Shown here piece by piece: positions 8,336 through 17,305 of a DNA stretch of 64,000 nucleotides. How positions within the stretch are numbered: position 1 is the first letter of the stretch; every line of letters starts with the position of its first letter. Source of the DNA: Candidatus Komeilibacteria bacterium (GTDB lineage: Bacteria > Patescibacteriota > Patescibacteriia > UBA1558 > 2-01-FULL-52-15); contig JAZDLR010000010.1 in assembly GCA_043801745.1 (NCBI GenBank), positions 10,509 to 74,508 of the forward strand, written 5' to 3'. A program made the translations under genes and the position numbers. Below the pieces are notes generated by a model. That model had not been told where the DNA came from and made no database searches. It was given only the letters and a program-made list of their open reading frames with translations.

Positions 8336-8902
8336 TTATTTAGTCTTGTCAGCTAAGATGCTGTCCAATTGTGCCCAATCAGCCACTTTCTGACCATCCA
8401 CGTAGAAAGTTGGGGTAGAATCAATACCCAGTTTACGGCCTTCAGCTATGTCATCACGCACCACCTTCATCTTCACTTGAGAATCCAGACAAGTGGTAAA
8501 GTTAGTAGTGTTTAGACCCATCTGTTCAGCGTAGCTAATTAAATCTTTTTTCTTCAAATTAGTACTATTAGCATACAACTTATCATGGTATTCCCAAAAC
8601 TTACCTTGGTCAGCCGCGCATTCCGAAGCTGCCGCTGCCGTGCTGGCATAAGGATGAATACTGGCTAAAGGAAAATGCCGGAACTGTATTTGAATCTTAT
8701 CACCATATTTCTGCCACACCGGAGCTAATTGCTGAAAAGCTATAACGCAGGCGGGACACTGAAAATCGCCCCACTCTACTACTTTAACCTTAGCAACATC
8801 ACTACCTTTGGCCGCGTGATAAGTAATTACCTGATCATATTGCACCCGACTGCAGGCAGTCAGCGCCAGAACCAGACCGAGCCAGAAAATAACTTTTTTC
8901 AT
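8336..8902 (-). CDS. DsbA-family thiol:disulfide oxidoreductase, lipoprotein
   Basis: Lipobox LALTAC. Thioredoxin-fold active site WGDFQCPAC (CPxC). Confidence 0.75.
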   Translation of the reverse strand: MKKVIFWLGLVLALTACSRVQYDQVITYHAAKGSDVAKVKVVEWGDFQCPACVIAFQQLAPVWQKYGDKIQIQFRHFPLASIHPYASTAAAASECAADQGKFWEYHDKLYANSTNLKKKDLISYAEQMGLNTTNFTTCLDSQVKMKVVRDDIAEGRKLGIDSTPTFYVDGQKVADWAQLDSILADKTK

Positions 8903-8913
8903 GCTGATTATGA

Positions 8914-9336
8914 TTATTTAGATGATAAACGCCTGTCCAGCGACCAGCGGTTTTCTTTGGTTACTACCAAAGCTAACGAGGCACCGAGTAAGGCCATATT
9001 TTTCCAGATCAACTGGAAATCTAATAATAGGAAAAATAACAGTAACAAAATAACAGAAATTAAGCCAGCCCAGCGTATTTTCCAGCCTAACAGCAGAATT
9101 AAGCCCAGAACTATTTCTAAAACCGACTGAATAATGACAAAGGTGCCCGGATCAATAGGGATGTATTGATAATTAGCCACCAGGGTGACGGCTTCTACCC
9201 GGTTAGTGCAAACACCAATACCGTTACTGCCGGCAAAAAGTTTACTATAACCGGAAAATAGGTAAACAAAACCCAAACCACAACGCAAGAAAAATCCGCT
9301 TAATCCCGCTAAGCGACTGCTCCATCGGTCTAACAT
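8914..9336 (-). CDS. DoxX-family membrane protein (likely redox partner of the DsbA proteins)
   Basis: 140 aa with 3-4 transmembrane helices (YLFSGYSKL...LLLGWKIRWAGL), typical of DoxX/DoxD. Sandwiched between two DsbA genes with 1-nt spacing. Confidence 0.55.
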   Translation of the reverse strand: MLDRWSSRLAGLSGFFLRCGLGFVYLFSGYSKLFAGSNGIGVCTNRVEAVTLVANYQYIPIDPGTFVIIQSVLEIVLGLILLLGWKIRWAGLISVILLLLFFLLLDFQLIWKNMALLGASLALVVTKENRWSLDRRLSSK

Positions 9337-10082
9337 TATTGACTATTATCGCTTAATAAAAAAGTTAAAACTTTATCCCAGAAATCATACTTTAGCACAC
9401 CGGGAAACATCTGACCATTAATGAAAAAAGTCGGCGTTCCATTGACTCCCAAATTTGCTCCATCCGCGGCATCAGCCTGAATTTCCGCCTGCGTCGCGTG
9501 GGTATTAAGGCAAACATTAAATTTGGGCATATCTAAACCTAAAGCTTCAGCAATAGAACGGAAAGTGGCTGATGACAATTCATCCTGCCGGGCAAATAGT
9601 TGATCATGATATTCCCAGTACTGATCCTGCTCGCCCGCGCAATTGGCCGCTTCAGCTGCCGCCAGAGCTTCCGGATGAGTAGAAGTAATAGGATAATCAC
9701 GTAACATAAAATAAACCTTATCGCCATATTTCTTCATCACCTGCTGCAAAATCGGCTCGGCCTGCTTACAAAAAGGGCATTGATAATCAGCAAACTCAAC
9801 AATAAAAACCTTAGCCTCAGGATTTCCCTTAGCCGGGTCATCCGCGGTTACTAACTTTTTAAAGGTCTCATCCTTAAGTAATTCGGCAATCGGCTTCTGG
9901 AAATCAAAAGTAGTCAAATCATGGTAATATTGCGCCGTCAAATAGACGTAATAGGCCACAAAAATAGCTACCAATATTCCTCCGAATAGCACTAGCCGGC
10001 CCCAAGGACGCTGAAACCAGCGTTTATAATAAGACCGGCGCACCGAAGCCTCTAGCCTCTTCTCAATATCACGTTGACTCAT
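9336..10082 (-). CDS. DsbA-family thiol:disulfide oxidoreductase, N-terminally membrane-anchored
   Basis: N-terminal transmembrane segment and FADYQCPFC active site. Paralog of 8336-8902. Confidence 0.75.
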   Translation of the reverse strand: MSQRDIEKRLEASVRRSYYKRWFQRPWGRLVLFGGILVAIFVAYYVYLTAQYYHDLTTFDFQKPIAELLKDETFKKLVTADDPAKGNPEAKVFIVEFADYQCPFCKQAEPILQQVMKKYGDKVYFMLRDYPITSTHPEALAAAEAANCAGEQDQYWEYHDQLFARQDELSSATFRSIAEALGLDMPKFNVCLNTHATQAEIQADAADGANLGVNGTPTFFINGQMFPGVLKYDFWDKVLTFLLSDNSQ

Positions 10083-10111
10083 ATTTAGTAAGTATACAAC
10101 AAAAAATTAAA

Positions 10112-11545
10112 TTATTCCTGCGGCTGCCACTGCTGATAGTGATGCGCCAACTGCAACAAGAGCTGTTCTGACCATTCCGGACCCAAAAGTTGCATACCTA
10201 CCGGCAATCCATCTGACCGGCCAATCGGAACATTAAGTCCGGGAATACCGGCGATATTCGCCGAGACCGTAAAAATATCCGCCAGATACATAGTCAAAGG
10301 ATCAGTCGTCCTCTCCCCTAATTTGAAAGCTACTGTCGGGCTAGTGGGCGTCAGTAATAAATCCACCTGCTGCCAAACCTGATCATAATCTTGCTTAATC
10401 AAAGTCCGCACTTTCTGCGCCTGTTTATAGTAAGCATCATAATAGCCGGCGGAAAGAGCATAGGTACCCACCAAAATACGCCGTTTAACTTCTTGGCCAA
10501 AACCATGACTGCGGGTATTGCGGTAATGTTCCAATAAATTAGCTGCTGTCTGGTCAAAGCCATAGCGCAAACCATCATAACGCGCCAAATTGGAACTGAC
10601 TTCAGACGGCATAATAATATAATAAGCAGCCAAAGCATAATCAGCATGCGGCAGATCCACTGGCACAATTTTTATCCGGCGCTTCTTGAATTGTTCCACT
10701 GTCTGTTCAATCATTTTGCGTACCCGTTCATCCATGCCGTCAATAAAGAATTGGCGCGGCAGACCAATGGTCAACTGCGGCAATGGTTGCGACAAGGCCT
10801 GAAAATAATGATCTACCGGTTTGGTACTGGCCGTGGCGTCATGATCATCTTCACCGGCAATAGTTTGCAGTAGTAATGCCGCATCCAGAGCGGTCCGGGC
10901 GAAAATACCCACCGTATCCAGCGATGAAGCCATAGACATCAAACCATAACGCGAAATACGGCCATAGGTCGGTTTCAATCCGATTAACCCACAAAATGAC
11001 GCCGGCTGTCTAACTGATCCTCCGGTATCAGTACCTAAGGCCGCTGGGGCTAGATTAGCAGCCACGGCCGCGGCTGAACCGCCGGAGGAGCCGCCGGGTA
11101 CCCGGGTAGGATCAAAAGGGTTCAAAACATTACCATAAGCAGAATTTTCATTGGACGCGCCCATAGCAAATTCGTCACAGTTGGTCTTACCCAGAGTCAC
11201 TGTGCCGGCCGATTCCAAACGCTCTACGGCCGTGGCCGTATACGGTGGAATATAATTTTGCAGTATCTTAGAGCCGGCCGTGGCCAATAAACCTTTAACT
11301 ACTAAAATGTCTTTAATTGCCAACGGTACCCCGGTTAAAGCTGTTTCTTCTCCCCGACTGCGGCGGTCGTCTGCCACCTGCGCTTGCTGTCTGGCCCGCT
11401 CATCAGCCACAGTAATAAAACAATTATGCCGGTCCTGGTGAATGGCCCGAAGATAGTCTTCCGTTAATTCAACGGCTGAATATTTTTTGGCCGCCAAATC
11501 ACCGGCAATTTGCCTAATAGTCAGATGTTCAAGCTTCATGATCAA
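10112..11545 (-). CDS. gatA: Glutamyl-tRNA(Gln) amidotransferase subunit A
   Basis: Amidase signature GGSSGGSAAAVAA. 477 aa. Overlaps the upstream gatC. Confidence 0.9.
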   Translation of the reverse strand: MIMKLEHLTIRQIAGDLAAKKYSAVELTEDYLRAIHQDRHNCFITVADERARQQAQVADDRRSRGEETALTGVPLAIKDILVVKGLLATAGSKILQNYIPPYTATAVERLESAGTVTLGKTNCDEFAMGASNENSAYGNVLNPFDPTRVPGGSSGGSAAAVAANLAPAALGTDTGGSVRQPASFCGLIGLKPTYGRISRYGLMSMASSLDTVGIFARTALDAALLLQTIAGEDDHDATASTKPVDHYFQALSQPLPQLTIGLPRQFFIDGMDERVRKMIEQTVEQFKKRRIKIVPVDLPHADYALAAYYIIMPSEVSSNLARYDGLRYGFDQTAANLLEHYRNTRSHGFGQEVKRRILVGTYALSAGYYDAYYKQAQKVRTLIKQDYDQVWQQVDLLLTPTSPTVAFKLGERTTDPLTMYLADIFTVSANIAGIPGLNVPIGRSDGLPVGMQLLGPEWSEQLLLQLAHHYQQWQPQE

Positions 11546-11822
11546 AAATTTGCTTAACGGCTAATAAACCGCTCTCCGTTGTCTTACCGGGCAATAATTC
11601 CGATGCCGGCGGAAAAACTTCAGGTTCATCAATCCGCGCCGGCCGGCTGAAATCCCGGCTATCAGAAAACGGCTTAACACCAGTAGTGTCTAAGGCCTGA
11701 ATACGGTCAACATAATCCAACACTGTCTCCAGCTGCAGCTGCTTGACCTCTTCCTTAGTAACATGAAGACGGGCTAGATCGGCCAAATGTTGCGCTTCTT
11801 CCCAAGTGATGTGTTCCGCCAT
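11529..11822 (-). CDS. gatC: Glutamyl-tRNA(Gln) amidotransferase subunit C
   Basis: 97 aa. ARLHVTKEEVKQLQLETVLDYVDRIQALDT is typical of GatC. Directly upstream of gatA. Confidence 0.8.
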   Translation of the reverse strand: MAEHITWEEAQHLADLARLHVTKEEVKQLQLETVLDYVDRIQALDTTGVKPFSDSRDFSRPARIDEPEVFPPASELLPGKTTESGLLAVKQIFDHEA

Positions 11823-11841
11823 AGATGCTAACTTTACCTGA

Positions 11842-13836
11842 TTAAACTAATTTTTTCCATTGCTGCTCCGTGATAACAGTAACACCCAAAGCTACCGCTT
11901 TAGTCAGCTTGGATCCAGGATTATCACCGGCTAAAACATAATCCGTCTGTTTACTGACACCAGAACTGATGCTGCCACCGGCCTGCCGTATACGGTCTGC
12001 GTAGTAATCCCGCGGTTGCGACAAAGTTCCGGTAATAACAAAAGTTTTGCCCTGAAGTTTTCCACCTGACCGAATTGCTGTATTTGGCACCTTTACTCCT
12101 AAAGCTAATAATTCAGCCACTTCCTTTTGATTAGGCTTCTGCTGCAACCAGTCAAAAACACTGCGGGCCACCACTGAACCAACTTCTGGCACTTGCTGCA
12201 ATATTTCCGGAGTAGCCGCGCTAAATTTTACCCAGGAACCTAAATGATCGGCCAAGTCACGGGCCGTCTGTACACCGACATGGCGTAGGCCCAAAGAATA
12301 AATAAAACGCTCCAGAGAAATATATTTCTTGGCAGCAATTGCGGCGATTAGCTTATTGGCTGAAGTGTCAGCAAAACGCTCCAAATTTTTTAAATCATCA
12401 ACTGTTAAACGGAAAAAATCGCTAAAAGAACCGACTAATCCCGCAGCCACCAATTGTTCCACAATTTTATCGCCCAAACCTTCAATATTAAAAGCCGCCT
12501 TACTGACAAAGTGAATCAACCCTTGAATTTCGCGGGCGTAACATTTCTTATTGCTGCAATAATGCGCCACCTCTCCGACCGGCCGCAAAACCCGCGATCC
12601 ACAAACGGGACACTTCTTGGGCCAAATAAATTTCTTTTCTTGGCCGTTGCGCAATCGCGGCAAAACCTCCACAATCTCGGGAATAACATCGCCGGCTTTC
12701 TGAATAATCACCGTGTCGCCAATACGCACATCTAAGCGCTTAATTTCATCTTCATTATGCAGAGTCGCGCGCGACACCGTGCTGCCCGCCACCCGCACCG
12801 GGTCTAAGACAGCAATTGGTGTTAAAGCGCCGGTACGACCCACTTGAATCATAATGTCCAACACTTTAGTAGTCGTCTGCTCGGCCGGAAATTTATAAGC
12901 CGCCATCCAACGTTCAGTTTTACCGATATGGCCCAGTTTCTTTTCCGCCGCAATATCATCAATGACAATCACGGCGCCGTCAGTATTATAGTCCCAAGCA
13001 GCGCGTTTCTTTTCCCATTTTGTCAGATAGTTTTCAACTTCTTTTAACGTTTCGGCCGCTTGGTTATACTGACAAGTTTTAAAACCCATTTGTTTCAGCC
13101 AATCATGCACTTGGCTATGGCGTTGCTGACCCAGATCAGTGATTAACTCAAAAGCAAAACATTCCAAGCGGCGGCTGGCGGCAATCTTGGGATCTAATTG
13201 TCTGATTGAGCCGGCAGCCAGATTACGCGGGTTGGCAAAAATCTGCTCTCCCCGCTTTTCCTGCCGTTTATTAATAGCCAGAAAATTTTTCTTGCTGATT
13301 ACCACCTCGCCGCGGACCTCAATTATTTTTGGCGCTTGCGGCCAATGATTTAAATTCAGACGCAAAGGGATACTCTCAATTGTCTTCAAATTATTAGTCA
13401 CCTCTTCGCCAATCAGACCATCACCGCGGGTCGCTCCCTGCACCAGCACGCCATCACGGTAAGTCAAAACCACCGTCAAACCATCGAGTTTGAGCTCACA
13501 ATAATAATCCTGCGCTGTGTGTCCCAGAATCTTGGAATTTCGCGCCTGCCACTCGCCTAATTCAGGCGGGGAGAAATAATCCTGCAGCGATAACACGGGA
13601 TGACTATGCCTAACCTTAACAAACTGATCTAAAGGTTGACCACCGATGCGCTGTGATGGCGAGTCAGCCGTAAGAAACTGCGGCCACTCGCCTTCCAGCC
13701 GGACTAATTCATTTTTCAGACTATCCAAAGCAGCGTCACTGATCTCTTGTTTATCCAGTACATGGTACAAGTAACGGTGACGCTCAATCTCTTTTTTTAA
13801 TTTACTGATCCGCTCACGGGCAGCCGAAATATTCAT
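11842..13836 (-). CDS. ligA: NAD-dependent DNA ligase. True start at MNISAARER, not the 86-codon upstream extension given in the ORF track.
   Basis: Adenylation motif KLDGLTV (KxDG). Zn-finger Cys cluster CPVCGSRV...C. C-terminal BRCT domain (GKTFVITGTL). ATG at 13836-13834. Confidence 0.9.
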   Translation of the reverse strand: MNISAARERISKLKKEIERHRYLYHVLDKQEISDAALDSLKNELVRLEGEWPQFLTADSPSQRIGGQPLDQFVKVRHSHPVLSLQDYFSPPELGEWQARNSKILGHTAQDYYCELKLDGLTVVLTYRDGVLVQGATRGDGLIGEEVTNNLKTIESIPLRLNLNHWPQAPKIIEVRGEVVISKKNFLAINKRQEKRGEQIFANPRNLAAGSIRQLDPKIAASRRLECFAFELITDLGQQRHSQVHDWLKQMGFKTCQYNQAAETLKEVENYLTKWEKKRAAWDYNTDGAVIVIDDIAAEKKLGHIGKTERWMAAYKFPAEQTTTKVLDIMIQVGRTGALTPIAVLDPVRVAGSTVSRATLHNEDEIKRLDVRIGDTVIIQKAGDVIPEIVEVLPRLRNGQEKKFIWPKKCPVCGSRVLRPVGEVAHYCSNKKCYAREIQGLIHFVSKAAFNIEGLGDKIVEQLVAAGLVGSFSDFFRLTVDDLKNLERFADTSANKLIAAIAAKKYISLERFIYSLGLRHVGVQTARDLADHLGSWVKFSAATPEILQQVPEVGSVVARSVFDWLQQKPNQKEVAELLALGVKVPNTAIRSGGKLQGKTFVITGTLSQPRDYYADRIRQAGGSISSGVSKQTDYVLAGDNPGSKLTKAVALGVTVITEQQWKKLV

Positions 13837-13837
13837 A

Positions 13838-15298
13838 CTAGCCTGCATTAATTGGAGGAGGACAATGTCTACCGCAACCATTACCATCACCGCCAGGCCC
13901 CTGAAGACAATCAAAACTACAATAGCCATCTGTACCATTGAGCGCGCCATCGTCACAAATTTCATAAACTTCAGCGCCATTCGGTCCCGCAAAACCATCC
14001 GGTCCCTGAATAATCCCGTCACCGCAATAGGTCGGCTGACACTGATTATTACACTGATCCGTTTCAGAATAATTGCCATCATCGCATAACTCATTTATGC
14101 TATCACCACTTAATCCTCCAGTACTAATACCCTGCTTAACGCCATCGCCACAATAAGTTAAACCGTTACATTTGGCATTACATTGGCCATAATCATTTTG
14201 AATAATTGACTGTACTTCTCTTTCCGAGCTCGAATTAATAGTTTTATCCAAACAATAAGCTGTTGAACCGACGATATTGGGCAAACAAACTTTTGACTCG
14301 GTTGGCAGACCGGTGCAATCGTTTTCGCTGCTGCAGCCTATTTTATCGTTTCTCTCACAATGACCACAACGGGTCTGAAAAGTAGCCGTGCCCTGACTGA
14401 TCACATTTTTGATCAAGCTGGATTCAGAGAAAATTACATAGTTAAAAATGTCGGCTACGCCGCTGTTCCAGGGAGTCTGAACAGTTACAACCTGGGTCGC
14501 ATCCCGGAAACGACCGGTGGTCTGAATATAGACCTGAGAAGGTATGGAAACCAAACTTCCGTCAGCAGCCGATAAGGTCACAGTTAAAGATCGAACATCA
14601 TGATCAATCGGCCGGATGCTTATCCGGTAATATGAACCACTATTTACGGTCGGGTGAGTCGTATCAGCACAGGGGGCCGAGCCATCACTGCAAGTGCCAC
14701 AAGGCCAATACTCGCGCCGGGGATTATTAGCTGAATTAACTATCTCCAGAACGCTGCCGCTATTCTTAAACTCCAGCAATGATACTTCCAGGCGGTCACT
14801 GGTAATACAGCTAATCCCCGACCAATCAATATTCAACTGTGTAGCCCCGGTATTGATAGTAGTTAATGTTTCCTCCTTAGGATTAAAAATATCCAGCTGA
14901 ATAGACTGGTTAACCGGAATATTATAAGCGGAAAAATTTTCCGAGCTCTCGCTAATAGAGTTAAAGGTGAATGAACGGTCCTGATCTACGCCGCTCAACA
15001 CATAGTCACTCGTTTCCTCAAGATTAAAAAAATCAGCATAAGGATCGCTGGCGCTGGGAAGTCCGACGGTCAGTTCATCAAGGCTGTGAGCTTCCTTTAA
15101 TTTAAATAACGCTTTTTCTGCGCCCGACTCGGCGGCGTAATGCGCGATAATAGCACTGTCCAAATACTTAGCCGAGCGTAGTTCAACTAATAATACACTG
15201 GTCAACGATAAAGCCGTAAACATCACAAACGACAAAATCAGAAGTGCCAGTACTAAAACCGCTCCCTGCTGACCCTGATATTGTATCGGCTGTTGCAT
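13838..15298 (-). CDS. PilX-like minor pilin / pilus-associated protein with C-terminal Myxococcus-type cysteine-rich (CGDG...CDDGN) repeats
   Basis: N-terminus QQGAVLVLALLILSFVMFTALSL resembles the PilX_N hydrophobic segment. The C-terminal 100 aa contain YCGDGVKQG, YCGDGIIQG, ICDDGALNGTDGYC and CDDGNYSETDQC. The stop abuts the ligA start. Confidence 0.6.
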   Translation of the reverse strand: MQQPIQYQGQQGAVLVLALLILSFVMFTALSLTSVLLVELRSAKYLDSAIIAHYAAESGAEKALFKLKEAHSLDELTVGLPSASDPYADFFNLEETSDYVLSGVDQDRSFTFNSISESSENFSAYNIPVNQSIQLDIFNPKEETLTTINTGATQLNIDWSGISCITSDRLEVSLLEFKNSGSVLEIVNSANNPRREYWPCGTCSDGSAPCADTTHPTVNSGSYYRISIRPIDHDVRSLTVTLSAADGSLVSIPSQVYIQTTGRFRDATQVVTVQTPWNSGVADIFNYVIFSESSLIKNVISQGTATFQTRCGHCERNDKIGCSSENDCTGLPTESKVCLPNIVGSTAYCLDKTINSSSEREVQSIIQNDYGQCNAKCNGLTYCGDGVKQGISTGGLSGDSINELCDDGNYSETDQCNNQCQPTYCGDGIIQGPDGFAGPNGAEVYEICDDGALNGTDGYCSFDCLQGPGGDGNGCGRHCPPPINAG

Positions 15299-15300
15299 AA

Positions 15301-15909
15301 TTATTGACTTGATCCCACAAAAACTCGGCTGGAAACCGCGGTTTGTAATTGCAGAGGAATAGGATTACGGCCATTGGCGTTATTACTGGTTACCCTCATA
15401 GTTATGGTCGTCATAGCCTGCTCATCCGGTACTTCGGCGGAAGGAAATTTACTGTAAAATTTCAGATCAGAAACATTAATACTGGGATCACTTAGGCGAA
15501 CCCAGCCGCTGGTCGAACAGTTAGCATCGCGGTTAATTTCTACATAACCGGCTGCGCCGCCTGCCGGAGCATGTAAACTTATAAAGGTCTTGCCATTGGC
15601 AATATCTTTCAAACAAATAAAAGTATTAGCGGGATAATCAGGTAGCCCACAATTACAAGAGGCCGTACTCTGGTCCAGATCATTATCGCGCACCAATCGG
15701 GAAATTTGCTCAAATACCAGCTGCGCTTCGTTTAAATATTCCACTGATCCTTTAGCCCGGTTCTGGGCCGTGGAAGTGGCAATATAAATACCGGCAATGA
15801 TCACGAACCCAATAGCGAAAATGGCAACCGCGACCAGCATTTCCACCAAAGTAAAACCCTTGGGCTGTGACGTTTTTTTAATTAAGTGTATCTTATTACT
15901 TTTTATCAT
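15301..15909 (-). CDS. Type IV pseudopilin / minor pilin
   Basis: Prepilin N-terminus KGFTLVEMLVAVAIFAIGFVI (G|FTLVE cleavage/methylation motif). Confidence 0.7.
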   Translation of the reverse strand: MIKSNKIHLIKKTSQPKGFTLVEMLVAVAIFAIGFVIIAGIYIATSTAQNRAKGSVEYLNEAQLVFEQISRLVRDNDLDQSTASCNCGLPDYPANTFICLKDIANGKTFISLHAPAGGAAGYVEINRDANCSTSGWVRLSDPSINVSDLKFYSKFPSAEVPDEQAMTTITMRVTSNNANGRNPIPLQLQTAVSSRVFVGSSQ

Positions 15910-15944
15910 GATTAGAATTTCATTGGTTGCTGTCCGACTAAGAA

Positions 15945-15976
15945 CCTAAAGCCTAATACCTAACCCTAATACCTAA
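15945..15976. repeat. Heptamer tandem repeat (CCTAAnn) x5
   Basis: cctaaag cctaata cctaac cctaata cctaaac, period 6-7 nt. Intergenic between two pseudopilin genes. Confidence 0.5.
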
Positions 15977-15977
15977 A

Positions 15978-16697
15978 CTATCTCCAATTATAAAGTCTTT
16001 CCCGCGCGATCACATCCTGCGTGCTCTGGCCGGCCGGATAACGTACCTGTGAAGTTACTACTACACCCACCGGAAAATAATTATTGCCGGTATCGCAACC
16101 TTCTTCAGGAATAACAATAACTTCTGAATTTGAGGAATCCTGATAACAGATATCCTGCAAAGTTATAATACGGTAATAACTGGACGGATTACCGCTGGCT
16201 GTGCCATACAACTGTGTAGCCGAATCGTAAGTTACAGCGCATGATGTCTTATTGTGTTCATAACAACCACACATATAGTCTTGCCTGCCACAACCCTCTC
16301 CTATAACATTATCAATCAGATTATACTCGGGGTTGGAACCAGACGTTGCGGCGGGTAAGTAAGTAATGGTAAATGCATTGGGCACGGGAGTTTTCACACC
16401 GCTAGCATCCGTAGTAAGCCAGCTGTTCCAGGTATATAGCTTGGTACCCCCGCCGGTGGTGGTATAACTCTCATTCAAATTAACTTTTAGCCAGTTGCTA
16501 TCCCGCATATTACGGATAGCCTCTATGCCTTCGCGCGCCAAATTAGCCGCCACAATCCGGCGCTCATTATTCTGAGCTGAACTAATATTGACCACTGTCA
16601 AAGTTATACCTGCGACAAGACCAATGGTGATAACCGCCATAGCAATAATGCCTTCCAGTAAAGTAAATCCGCGATGATGATGATTAAAATTTAACAT
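15978..16697 (-). CDS. Type IV pseudopilin / minor pilin
   Basis: Prepilin N-terminus RGFTLLEGIIAMAVITIGLV. Confidence 0.7.
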   Translation of the reverse strand: MLNFNHHHRGFTLLEGIIAMAVITIGLVAGITLTVVNISSAQNNERRIVAANLAREGIEAIRNMRDSNWLKVNLNESYTTTGGGTKLYTWNSWLTTDASGVKTPVPNAFTITYLPAATSGSNPEYNLIDNVIGEGCGRQDYMCGCYEHNKTSCAVTYDSATQLYGTASGNPSSYYRIITLQDICYQDSSNSEVIVIPEEGCDTGNNYFPVGVVVTSQVRYPAGQSTQDVIARERLYNWR

Positions 16698-17305
16698 TGA
16701 CTGGCTGTAGAGGTTATATATAAAGTTCCGTCTGTCAGTCTAGTATTAGAAAACTGAATTTTAATCGTGCACGGATCATGTCCGCTGGCATCTGACAAAG
16801 TCAAAATTGTGGCCAGTGATCCTTCAATCGGCAAATTCACATACTGAGTACAGTGCTCCAGAGATGGAGACATACAAGCTAATTGATTCATAACCAGAGG
16901 GACATCGGCACCATTAAACAACACTACTATCCTATTCAAAGTTACCGAATCGGTAGTTTCAAATACAATTTTAACACGGGAATCAATAGACACATTCTGT
17001 CCAATTTTTTCATCACTAGCAGGATTAAAGTATTGACTATTATTACTATCAACAAAAAGCTGCATCCAATGAGTAGAAGTAATCTGTAATCCGTAGCCGC
17101 CAACCGGAGCGTTACCCGTGCTATCCGCAATTCCATTAAAGGCCATATTTCTCGTCTGCCGTAACATAGACACAATTTGCGTACCGGCAGCTTTAACTCT
17201 GTCTTTAGAGCTGACACCACGAAAACCACCGATCACTACTGTCAACAAAATAATAAATATAGCTATAGACACCAAAACTTCAACTAAAGTATAGCCGCGT
17301 TTCAT
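16691..17305 (-). CDS. Type IV pseudopilin / minor pilin. Start at MKRGYTLVE, not the ORF-track extension.
   Basis: KRGYTLVEVLVSIAIFIILL prepilin motif. ATGA start/stop overlap with pilD (17305-17302). Confidence 0.65.
   Translation of the reverse strand: MKRGYTLVEVLVSIAIFIILLTVVIGGFRGVSSKDRVKAAGTQIVSMLRQTRNMAFNGIADSTGNAPVGGYGLQITSTHWMQLFVDSNNSQYFNPASDEKIGQNVSIDSRVKIVFETTDSVTLNRIVVLFNGADVPLVMNQLACMSPSLEHCTQYVNLPIEGSLATILTLSDASGHDPCTIKIQFSNTRLTDGTLYITSTASQC

Noticed and set aside
11842-14094. ORF-track LigA of 750 aa with an 86-codon hydrophobic N-terminal extension
   Set aside because: The extension is translation of the antisense of nothing conserved. It overlaps the 3' end of the PilX-like gene in another frame. 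A canonical LigA N-terminus (MNISAARERISKL...) begins at the ATG at 13836, so I called 11842-13836.
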